Below, in pieces: positions 56,340 through 64,000 of a DNA stretch of 64,000 nucleotides. The notes beneath the pieces were generated by a model that saw nothing but the letters and a program-made list of their open reading frames with translations, made no database searches and had not been told where the DNA came from. Every line of letters begins with the position of its first letter. Within the stretch, counting starts at the first letter, position 1. The stretch comes from a virus (taxonomy: Duplodnaviria > Caudoviricetes). The translations under genes and the position numbers were made by a program. The DNA lies in IMG/VR virus record IMGVR_UViG_2593339199_000002, positions 35,905 through 99,904 of that record, one strand, 5' to 3'.

Positions 56340-57060
56340 TTCTTCCCGTTATGTTCCCCCTGCAAAATACGAAGAATGGGATGGGTTTTATCGTGGCAAG
56401 CCCGGGATATACGCTGGCGAGCACGAGATCGAGGCACAAGTAGGCAGGTATGCCGAACGTGCAGTAGGTGAAGAGCCGAAGATGCTTCGATTCCGACTCA
56501 ATGCTGGCTGATGGTCCTTAAAGCGATACGCAGTGAGGCGCAATGCGATAATTAGCGCATGCAGGCTTGTCCTGTGGGGTTTTGCCAGTCCCCTCGTGAA
56601 TTGACTGGAAGTCGCCACAAGCGCCAGCAGAGGATAAGCTGTAAACCTACAGAGAAGGCGAGCAGGGTGTGGGCTCCCCATGATGACCAAGCGGCGGGTG
56701 AGGGTTATCGAAAGCTGTGACGATCGAGAGTAGGTTAATATCAAGTGCTCGGGCGCTTTGCGTAGTAGAGCAGCCGACGCGACCTGAAATCGCGCATAGT
56801 AACGACGTCATTGGCATGTTCGTCCGATCTTCGGATCGGACGCTGCATTCAGCACATAGGTAAAGGCCGTCAGTTCCCCGTTTGCAATGTTTCAGGAAAA
56901 GCTTGTTAGATGCTCCACTTGCTTCGGCGGGTAGGAGGGAGGCGTGAAGGCGCGGGTTCAATTCCCAATCTATCAAAGCTGACCACAACAAACGTGAGCG
57001 CGTTTATATAAGCGCTGTAGGTTACCGGCATTATGCTACTGCGCAGGCTTTATGGTTGAA
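56340..57060 (+). ncRNA. Candidate large structured ncRNA
   Basis: No RBS-supported ORF in a gene-dense region; many hairpins, including cUUCGg loops. Confidence 0.4.
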
Positions 57061-57090
57061 GCGGCTGCCACATTCTCCGCAAGGTAGGAT

Positions 57091-57375
57091 ATGATGGAGA
57101 TTCGTTTTTGTGTTATGGACGAGCATACCGGGAGCCCCTCTATAAGCAAGATCGATCTTATCCGAAAAACGGCTCATGTCCATATGAATGTTGGCCCTGC
57201 AGCCTGTGTGTTGAATGGAGTAATCCAGGTTCGTCCCCTTGAAAGGGGGCCATTCGAGGTAGTGGACCATAGCGCTCCCCGGCGCCGCGGCCGGTGGTTT
57301 GAGCAGTTAGTCCAGATTCTGAAGCAACTCGTCCGAGACGGCTATGGTCTGGTGCCGTATGGCGTCTCGGACTGA
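57091..57375 (+). CDS. Hypothetical protein
   Basis: ORF; AGGA RBS. Confidence 0.45.
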   Translation: MMEIRFCVMDEHTGSPSISKIDLIRKTAHVHMNVGPAACVLNGVIQVRPLERGPFEVVDHSAPRRRGRWFEQLVQILKQLVRDGYGLVPYGVSD

Positions 57376-57565
57376 TCACTGCTTGTCCGATCTGGCAGTC
57401 AGCCTCTTAATCCCAATGGAAAGAGCAGCGCAATGGCCCTCTCTCAAGGGGACGAACTTTGTAATGGGCCCGTGATAAGCGGTCTCATGATCTTGACCAA
57501 CAGCACTACATACGGCGGATAGTGAAATCTGCCCTGAATAAAATTGAATATCGGGTGGTGGATTT

Positions 57566-58447
57566 ATGAAAATAAACGTCCAGTTCAAACTGCAGCACGT
57601 CTATTTTGCCATGTCGCCCCGGGCTGACGAGATCGAGGTGATCCGCCGGAAGCGGCCAGAGAACCTACTGATGTCGTATGCGCTCTGGCGGCATCAGGAT
57701 TTGTCCGATTTTGTCGCGCAGATCGGGTATCGGCCGCACATCATGATTGACTGCGGCGCCTACACGTTCAACAACCAGGGGCGAAGTCTCGGGATCTATG
57801 ACGTCTTCGAGATGTACGGCAACCAGCATGGGACGCCGGAGGCGGCCGCATCGGCGATCCGATATGACCTGTACGCCTTGGATCCGTTTGTCGCTGAATA
57901 CGACGAGCGAGGCGAGGTAGAGGAGAGGGAGGACCTGGACCTCTGGCTGCTGCATCATTACGTCGAATGGGTCGATGCACATTCTGAATACATCGATCAG
58001 ATCGTCGTGCTTGACGATCGGCATGATCCAGATATGACGCTGTTCTCGTATTACACGATGCGCGCGCTTGGCCACAACGTGCTGCCGGTCTTTCATTATG
58101 GCCACGACTTCCGATATCTCGATGAGTACGTGGTGGCCGGCGCCGATTACATTGCGCTTGGCGGCAGCGTCGGCATCAAGCCAAGTCTGCGGGCTGCTTG
58201 GGCCAATCAGATCGCCATCCGTTACCCGGCCATCAAGTTCCATCTCCTCGGTACGCTGGACAAGAAGCGGTTGATCGATAAGCTGCGAGGCATCTTCAGC
58301 GTCGATGGTACCGCTTGGAACACGAGCGCGAGCTTCGTGCGGGACCGTGGTGGCCGATCTAAGGTCGAGCAAGCCATGGCGAACGTAGAACGAATGGCCG
58401 ACTTCGCGCAAAAGGGCCAGCTCGACATCTATTACACGCTATTTTAG
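57566..58447 (+). CDS. tRNA-guanine transglycosylase (TGT/DpdA)-like TIM-barrel protein
   Basis: MIDCGAYT, LPVFH, YIALGG, FHLLG, FSVDGTAW. Confidence 0.7.
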   Translation: MKINVQFKLQHVYFAMSPRADEIEVIRRKRPENLLMSYALWRHQDLSDFVAQIGYRPHIMIDCGAYTFNNQGRSLGIYDVFEMYGNQHGTPEAAASAIRYDLYALDPFVAEYDERGEVEEREDLDLWLLHHYVEWVDAHSEYIDQIVVLDDRHDPDMTLFSYYTMRALGHNVLPVFHYGHDFRYLDEYVVAGADYIALGGSVGIKPSLRAAWANQIAIRYPAIKFHLLGTLDKKRLIDKLRGIFSVDGTAWNTSASFVRDRGGRSKVEQAMANVERMADFAQKGQLDIYYTLF

Positions 58448-58550
58448 GGGGGCAGCATGGATTACCTATACGCATTTCTGTTCGTTGCCGTGTACATCGG
58501 CAAGGAGATCATAATACGCAAGTATTATCGCAAACCGGCGGTGAGTCGCA

Positions 58551-58745
58551 ATGGACGACAAGATCAAGGCATTCCTGAAGGATTTAAGTAAGCTGTCTAA
58601 AAAGCATGGCTTGTACGTGGCTGGCATGATCGACATCGTGGACTGCCGAGACATCATTCTGGCGGAAGACCTGGAATGTAATGCGGATCAATATGAAGTA
58701 AGGATACTACCGTCTCAAAATAATGAGGAAGAGGCTGAAGCGTGA
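58551..58745 (+). CDS. Hypothetical protein
   Basis: Operonic ORF. Confidence 0.5.
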   Translation: MDDKIKAFLKDLSKLSKKHGLYVAGMIDIVDCRDIILAEDLECNADQYEVRILPSQNNEEEAEA

Positions 58746-58999
58746 ACATCATCGATAATCTATTCGTCAAACCGAATCTTCAACATTCGAGCTTCGTGAA
58801 ATTCAAGGAACACGATTCCGTCTTCTATGGAAAGGTCACGCATAATTCGGGCATGGACTGGGATATCGTTGACCTGCAGTCTGGTGATCGACTGACCTTA
58901 AATTGCAGCTCCCTGGCGTCGCTGCAAGCGAAGCTGGAGAATAAATACGCCGATCTGGAGATCATTCCGCACAATAAAGTGACCATAACATTTGAATAA
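58742..58999 (+). CDS. Hypothetical protein
   Basis: GTGA coupling. Confidence 0.6.
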   Translation: MNIIDNLFVKPNLQHSSFVKFKEHDSVFYGKVTHNSGMDWDIVDLQSGDRLTLNCSSLASLQAKLENKYADLEIIPHNKVTITFE

Positions 59000-59011
59000 G
59001 GAGGCATCATT

Positions 59012-59284
59012 ATGCCAAAAGAACACGCATGGCCAGGATTATTTTTCTGCATTCTCTACCTTAACGATCCGGAGCAAGCCGACATCTGGGACGCGGACGC
59101 TGAGCAGTTCATCTGCTGCACAAACCCAAACCCACAATGCCTGCTCCCATCTGAGAAGGCTGCACAGCAAGTTCTGGATGCCGAAAACTTTGATGACCGC
59201 GCTGTCGTCGCGCAGTTCCAACTTCATGCGATCGATCTAACAACCGGCAAGATGGATTACTCGATCAATCGACTGGAGGACTGA
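59012..59284 (+). CDS. Hypothetical protein
   Basis: AAGGAGG RBS. Confidence 0.65.
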   Translation: MPKEHAWPGLFFCILYLNDPEQADIWDADAEQFICCTNPNPQCLLPSEKAAQQVLDAENFDDRAVVAQFQLHAIDLTTGKMDYSINRLED

Positions 59285-59286
59285 AC

Positions 59287-59529
59287 ATGCCAAGCGAAAA
59301 ATGTCTCAAGGCTGCTTCTGTTGTGACCGGGATCCCGGAGGATTCTCTGCACGTACAGGAGGATTACGGCAAGTACGGCTGCGTTATTCAGGATCGCAGC
59401 AGCATCGAATATTACGTCGAGCCGACGTATAAGGTCAAGGCTTTCGAGCCGGAGCTCGCGGGCATCGTGATCCTCGGCGAGCATGACGGTTGGACCGTCT
59501 ATAAAGAACAGGAAGAAGACAAATCATGA
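59287..59529 (+). CDS. Hypothetical protein
   Basis: GGAGG RBS. Confidence 0.65.
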   Translation: MPSEKCLKAASVVTGIPEDSLHVQEDYGKYGCVIQDRSSIEYYVEPTYKVKAFEPELAGIVILGEHDGWTVYKEQEEDKS

Positions 59530-59852
59530 GCCTCGCGATTTACCACCGAACGACGCAACGGACCAAAAAACTGTACATCGGCAACCTGATCGATAATGGC
59601 GCGAAGAATGCGAAGATCACGGTCTTGCGGGACGTCTTCGGCAAAGAGCTAAAGGGCGCAAGAATTAAAGCGCCGCTCGACCACCATGCCATGTATATCA
59701 AGATTGACCGGAAATTTAAAAACAAGATGCTCGAGGCGCCTGCCGAGGAGATCGAAGAAATGATGCGCAAAGCGCAGAGCCGACGCATACAAAGGATCGT
59801 CGATCGACTCGCCAAGATGCTCGAAGCAGGTGCAGCATGTCCGAAAGCCTGA
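59526..59852 (+). CDS. Basic hypothetical protein
   Basis: ATGA coupling. Confidence 0.6.
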   Translation: MSLAIYHRTTQRTKKLYIGNLIDNGAKNAKITVLRDVFGKELKGARIKAPLDHHAMYIKIDRKFKNKMLEAPAEEIEEMMRKAQSRRIQRIVDRLAKMLEAGAACPKA

Positions 59853-60103
59853 TCGTCATCGTCTATTGCGGTCATTACCGGCGAGCGCTGCTGCATCCGA
59901 CAGATCATGAGAGCCCGAGTAATGAATGCTGCTTTGAATCACGTGTAAAGGTGGATCCAATCGAATGGGAGGAAGAGTGCGTCAGCATGACGTGCCCGTC
60001 CTGCGGCAACACACTATATCAAGGCGACGATCACTTCATTGAAGATGACGGACGCAAATATCGCGATGATGCCATCATTGATTTGACGATCACGGAGGGC
60101 TGA
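59837..60103 (+). CDS. Zn-ribbon protein
   Basis: CPSCG. Confidence 0.6.
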   Translation: MSESLIVIVYCGHYRRALLHPTDHESPSNECCFESRVKVDPIEWEEECVSMTCPSCGNTLYQGDDHFIEDDGRKYRDDAIIDLTITEG

Positions 60104-60213
60104 ATGTAGCCCGTGAACGCTTATCTGCACAGAATGTATGGCATTACAGATGTCTTCTGCCCTGACGTGGGCGACTGCTACATAAACAACGAACGAGGGG
60201 GTAATAACTCGAT

Positions 60214-60492
60214 ATGAGCATGCAAAAGAAATTGGAAGCAGCAAGGCGCGAAGGATTCGAGGCTGGCCTGAAGGCTGGTGTTGCCCAGAAGGATATTCAA
60301 GCAGCCTTCCTGGATGGAATTAAGGTCGGCGCGGATGCAGCGAACGGGGTTTGGATTTCTGCCATCCAGAATACCCGCGGCGTAGGAGAAAAAACAATCC
60401 AGAAGATCCATGCCCAGGCCGAGAAGGAACACCAAGAGCGCAAAATTGAGCGTGAAATGCTCGCAAAATCTAACGTGGCAAAAGGAGCCTAA
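60214..60492 (+). CDS. Hypothetical protein
   Basis: GAGGGGG RBS; HhH-like TRGVGEKT. Confidence 0.65.
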   Translation: MSMQKKLEAARREGFEAGLKAGVAQKDIQAAFLDGIKVGADAANGVWISAIQNTRGVGEKTIQKIHAQAEKEHQERKIEREMLAKSNVAKGA

Positions 60493-60516
60493 AGCACACT
60501 CACAGGGAGGTTGTTC

Positions 60517-60771
60517 ATGAAGCCAAATTCAAAGCTGTACGCGCTCACAGATAAAGAAGTGAACCAGGTTATCGCGGGACTTACGCATGTTGTGAATGCG
60601 ACCGACCTGATCGCTTATCTTAGAGAGCTGCGCGATACGCAGGATATTGCAATGTCCGATAAGGATAAAGTGCAATTCGTTCATGATCATTTTGTTGCGC
60701 GTGAAGAGGCTGCAGCAACTCGGTTAGGCATGATGTCCATTAACGCGAAGGCCATCGAGCCGGCCGAATAA
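60517..60771 (+). CDS. Hypothetical protein
   Basis: GGAGG RBS. Confidence 0.65.
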   Translation: MKPNSKLYALTDKEVNQVIAGLTHVVNATDLIAYLRELRDTQDIAMSDKDKVQFVHDHFVAREEAAATRLGMMSINAKAIEPAE

Positions 60772-60813
60772 GCAACGCGGGGGCTGTAGAGCCCCCAGAG
60801 GAGGTTATAAGAG

Positions 60814-61152
60814 ATGGGTAGAGACATGGAGCCGTGGCTGAAACTGCGCGATGATTACGAAAAACTGCAAGCCGAGAACGCCGCGCTCAAACAGGAAAAC
60901 GAGCGTCTCCAAGCGTGGTCTATGTGCAAGGTATCACCGCAAGAGGCGTTTGAAATTCAGCGGCGACAATCGTTAGAAATCGAACAGCTGATAGCCGACA
61001 AGGCGGCGCTGCTGGAATGTGTGAAGTGGTACGCGGATGAATTTAATTATGGGCCGCTCCATGCCGGTTATGGACCGAATATAAAAAACGATCAAGGATG
61101 GAATGCCCGCGAATGCCTCAACCGGATCGGAGCTGACCAAAAAACGCAGTAA
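60814..61152 (+). CDS. Coiled-coil phage-type protein
   Basis: GGAGG RBS. Confidence 0.65.
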   Translation: MGRDMEPWLKLRDDYEKLQAENAALKQENERLQAWSMCKVSPQEAFEIQRRQSLEIEQLIADKAALLECVKWYADEFNYGPLHAGYGPNIKNDQGWNARECLNRIGADQKTQ

Positions 61153-61227
61153 CGGCGCATGGTTAGACATATGTACAAAATGCCGCTTTTATGAAGTAGT
61201 GCGTTAAAGTAATAAAGTATAGAAGGA

Positions 61228-61503
61228 TTGTGTAAACGAATGAATCTTCTCTTTCGCTATCTCGTTGAGCACAACATGCTTCGAGGCTTTCGTGCGGGTG
61301 AAAATTGTCCAGTCTGTGGAGAGGTATGTGATGATCAATCCGAATACGTTGATGTTGGCGTAGGTATGGTACAGGTCACATATGACATGTACTGCGTCTG
61401 CTGCGGTGTCGAAGGGCACAACAGCGGCACAGACGTGAACTGGTACGCCCCAGATGATAACTCCCCCACAGGGATGGCCGCACTACATGGTCCAGCAATT
61501 TAG
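61228..61503 (+). CDS. Zn-ribbon protein
   Basis: CPVCG...VDVGVG...CVCCG. Confidence 0.6.
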   Translation: MCKRMNLLFRYLVEHNMLRGFRAGENCPVCGEVCDDQSEYVDVGVGMVQVTYDMYCVCCGVEGHNSGTDVNWYAPDDNSPTGMAALHGPAI

Positions 61504-61514
61504 GAGGTATTTTT

Positions 61515-62066
61515 ATGAGCAATCTCATCGAAGATTTACAGTTCCTCAAGGAGCTGCAGGATGAATTGAACACCCAAGACCGTGACAGCCAGGCTGCTCC
61601 CCGCTTTTGGACTGTCGGTGATTATAGATGGATTGGCACTCCTGACGGTAATGCCGAGCGCTATTCCGTGTATCTCCCCATTGATGGCGAAGCTTCCACG
61701 ATTGACGATTACATCAAAAATCTGGACCTCGACGATCTGGAAGATGACGCTCGTGAAGCTTGGAATGAACTCGATCTCGGCGATCATAGCGCCGTTTTCG
61801 ATTGGATCCAGGAGCACATCGATGAAGATGCCTATATGTTCGGCGAGAGAAAGGAACATTTCATCAGAGAAAATACGATGTTCCTGACGAAGGCTGAAGC
61901 TAAACAGCATATCGAATCCAATCACTATCATTACACCAAAGAAGCTCACACTTATGCCATGACGGCATGGAGAGCCCCAAAGGTTGAAAAGCTGCTTAAG
62001 CTGCTAAGTGATTGTGACTTCAACAAGATCTTGTCTTCCCTGCCCGATTCCACCGTTGCATTGTAA
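61515..62066 (+). CDS. Conserved phage-type hypothetical protein
   Basis: TQD...QAAPRFW; FLTKAEAKQHIESNHYHY; TYAMTAWRAP. Confidence 0.75.
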   Translation: MSNLIEDLQFLKELQDELNTQDRDSQAAPRFWTVGDYRWIGTPDGNAERYSVYLPIDGEASTIDDYIKNLDLDDLEDDAREAWNELDLGDHSAVFDWIQEHIDEDAYMFGERKEHFIRENTMFLTKAEAKQHIESNHYHYTKEAHTYAMTAWRAPKVEKLLKLLSDCDFNKILSSLPDSTVAL

Positions 62067-62067
62067 T

Positions 62068-62442
62068 TTATTCAGCAATGTGGCGTTCGCAAAAATTCTG
62101 AATCATTTTCAATGTTCTTTTCAATTCGTTATTCTCAGCCTCAGCAATTAAGGCTCTCTCTTTCCAATTAATATCTTGGCTATCGTTATTCTGAAGTTCA
62201 TTGATTTCAGCTTCGCTTAAGTGCCCTGCTGCTTGCATCAGGTCAGTGTATGTAATGTCTCCTACGGAAACATCAGCGATTTTCTTGAGAAATTGAGCAG
62301 ATGGCGGCGAATCAATCTTACCTCGCAAAAGACGCGAAATATACGATACGGCGACATCTGCTTCACGGGCTAAAGCATTCATTGAACGACTACCTTGCGC
62401 ACTTGAGATGAGCAAGGCAAGCTTCCTTGGATCAAAGACCAT
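62068..62442 (-). CDS. XRE/Cro-CI family HTH regulator
   Basis: SMNALAREADVAVSYISRLLRG...PSAQFLKKIA...DLMQAAGHL; AGGAGG RBS. Confidence 0.85.
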   Translation of the reverse strand: MVFDPRKLALLISSAQGSRSMNALAREADVAVSYISRLLRGKIDSPPSAQFLKKIADVSVGDITYTDLMQAAGHLSEAEINELQNNDSQDINWKERALIAEAENNELKRTLKMIQNFCERHIAE

Positions 62443-62656
62443 TGACCAAAACCTCCTAAATATTTGAATTGGCTCTAGTGTATCATCGCTGTTCTCTGTA
62501 TGCAATATTTGTTTATAGAGAATGATTGCGACGGATTTGTTCTCTATAGGCAAAACCAACAGGTATTTAGGAGCTAGTGATCTTGTGTCAAATCCCTTAT
62601 AGGGCCAAAATTTCAAAAAAAATTTTCTTCGATATTGGAACGAGCAAGGAGGATTT

Positions 62657-63178
62657 ATGGACAAGTCAATTGTGATCCATGTAAACGGCGGCGTCGCTGA
62701 GGTTGCATCCAATCCGTTTGAAGTACCTGTCGTCATCATCGACTTCGACAATAGCCGAGAGCTTCCTGATCTCGGAACGAGCGATGCGAATATCATCTGC
62801 CCCAAATGCAAACATGCCGGCAGCCAGCTTGAATGGAATGCTGCAACGCACGACGACTTCTCCGGCGGCGATCCGGATGCTGTGTTTGTTCGGATCCAGC
62901 ATGCTACAGCTGGTACGGAGTTTACCTGCGCTTACTGCTATCAGACATCGACCACCGAAGAAATCGGGTTGACGCCTATAGAGCCTTTGGAATCTGAATC
63001 GTCTGCCGTGGAGAATCCGGACGATCTGAAGTGTCCGAAATGCTTATCTGATGCTGAGAATGTCAGTGGTGCCTTTGTGGAAGCTGGCGAATGGGACGGT
63101 AAAAGCTACGAGCTGGAGGTCAATGTCCATCGGTACCGCTGCCGCAATGCGGAATGTGCGAAGGAGTTCTTCTTCTAA
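62657..63178 (+). CDS. Double Zn-ribbon protein
   Basis: CPKC, CAYC, CPKC, CRNAEC. Confidence 0.7.
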   Translation: MDKSIVIHVNGGVAEVASNPFEVPVVIIDFDNSRELPDLGTSDANIICPKCKHAGSQLEWNAATHDDFSGGDPDAVFVRIQHATAGTEFTCAYCYQTSTTEEIGLTPIEPLESESSAVENPDDLKCPKCLSDAENVSGAFVEAGEWDGKSYELEVNVHRYRCRNAECAKEFFF

Positions 63179-63435
63179 TGGAACTGGTCGAGGCCTATAC
63201 GCTATGGAATGCGCAGTGGCCTCCGATCATGGCCGAGGGATGGTCGCGGCAGTGGCTCAAATGTCATGTTTGCAATCGGCTGCAATATTACGATTACATC
63301 CCCTACTCCCTGCAGAATCCAATCATGTGGAGCGCCTGCGGGCACGAACTCAAACGAATGCATTACCTGAAAGAGACACCATTAACCCTCAAGGAGAGTG
63401 ATGACAATGAGCATGACCCTGATGACGTTCGGTGA
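63178..63435 (+). CDS. Small Zn-binding hypothetical protein
   Basis: TAATG coupling; CHVC. Confidence 0.55.
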   Translation: MELVEAYTLWNAQWPPIMAEGWSRQWLKCHVCNRLQYYDYIPYSLQNPIMWSACGHELKRMHYLKETPLTLKESDDNEHDPDDVR

Positions 63436-64000
63436 ATTTATCGAGAAATGGAACACGAACCATCGCCTGATTGGACCACATGACTACGAAACGCGGGACC
63501 ACTGCGAAATCGGTATCATCGGTGGCCGCCACTGGTGCCCGGTTTCCTTCTCCCCCGCCCTAGAGCATCTGACCGGTGCCTTCGTTCGTGCGCAGATCGT
63601 GGAGCGCGCGCGGGCGCGAAGTATTCAGCTAACCGAAGATCAGATCCGCCTGTCACGTAAGGGCGTCGAAAACTGGATCTGTTCCAGGATCAATGAGTCC
63701 ATCGACACCGCGCTGGACGAGCTGGAACTTGACCGCGAGATTGTCGTCCTGGATGCATGGGCGGTGCCCGGAACGGACATCGAATACGGAGACGTCTATA
63801 CGGATCCCGAAACCGCCGTCAAAGAAAGTGGACTGCCAATCGATCAGCTGATTCACGGCTATACACTGAGCGGCGGCGATGACATTCGGGAGTTCGTCGA
63901 GGACAAGTTCGATGACTTCTACACGGACAAGGAAGAAATCAGCCAAATCCTCGTCGAGAATAACGTGGTCCACCTGGTCAATGACCTGAGCAATTTCTAA
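63407..64000 (+). CDS. Acidic hypothetical protein
   Basis: AAGGAG RBS; TAA at the window end. Confidence 0.65.
   Translation: MSMTLMTFGEFIEKWNTNHRLIGPHDYETRDHCEIGIIGGRHWCPVSFSPALEHLTGAFVRAQIVERARARSIQLTEDQIRLSRKGVENWICSRINESIDTALDELELDREIVVLDAWAVPGTDIEYGDVYTDPETAVKESGLPIDQLIHGYTLSGGDDIREFVEDKFDDFYTDKEEISQILVENNVVHLVNDLSNF

Larger units (their letters stand above)
1..64000. mobile_element. Segment of a large Bacillota mobile element (megaplasmid/ICE or phage-plasmid)
   Basis: Co-oriented orphan ORFs; recA, ssb, pcrA, dnaG, dnaN and thyX outside their usual chromosomal context; PRTRC-like and DUF6094+helicase modules typical of conjugative elements. Confidence 0.85.

Noticed and set aside
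62443-62811. N-terminal extension of the 247-aa XRE ORF
   Set aside because: Strong RBS before ATG 62442; the extension crosses the AT-rich divergent intergenic region and overlaps the opposite gene

Overview
This window is part of a large mobile element from a Bacillota host, probably Paenibacillaceae (inferred from SigA/SigD promoters, GGAGG ribosome-binding sites and the flagellin/CsrA type). It could be a conjugative megaplasmid/ICE or a phage-plasmid; no capsid, T4SS, integrase or CRISPR genes are visible. Almost all genes are on the + strand. 1-7.5 kb and 55-64 kb hold dense small orphan ORFs. The middle carries DNA metabolism genes: RNase H plus a degenerate paralog, SNF2 helicase, SSB, RecA, UDG-like, Gam-like, ThyX, PcrA, DnaG, DUF6094-like methylase with a large helicase, N6-methylase-like, DnaN and a TGT/DpdA-like enzyme. 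There is also a PRTRC-like ubiquitin-type cluster, a Ycf46/DUF1257/DUF2997 cluster and a host-behaviour island (SigD-csrA-flagellin, RacA-like protein, GGDEF protein). The main unexplained signal is 19 same-strand copies of a covarying mini-hairpin (5-bp stem, C-TGAC-G core, then NN-YTCWT) at gene boundaries, mostly 25-50 nt before a start codon. On the template strand the loop is an extra-stable cGNNAg DNA tetraloop, suggesting an element-specific hairpin/ssDNA promoter regulon. Also present: a dispersed palindrome (TGTAATGCATTACA), two related tRNA-like RNAs with no normal anticodon arm, and a ~700-nt candidate large ncRNA. All product calls are by-eye motif recognition and coordinates were counted manually; no searches were run.
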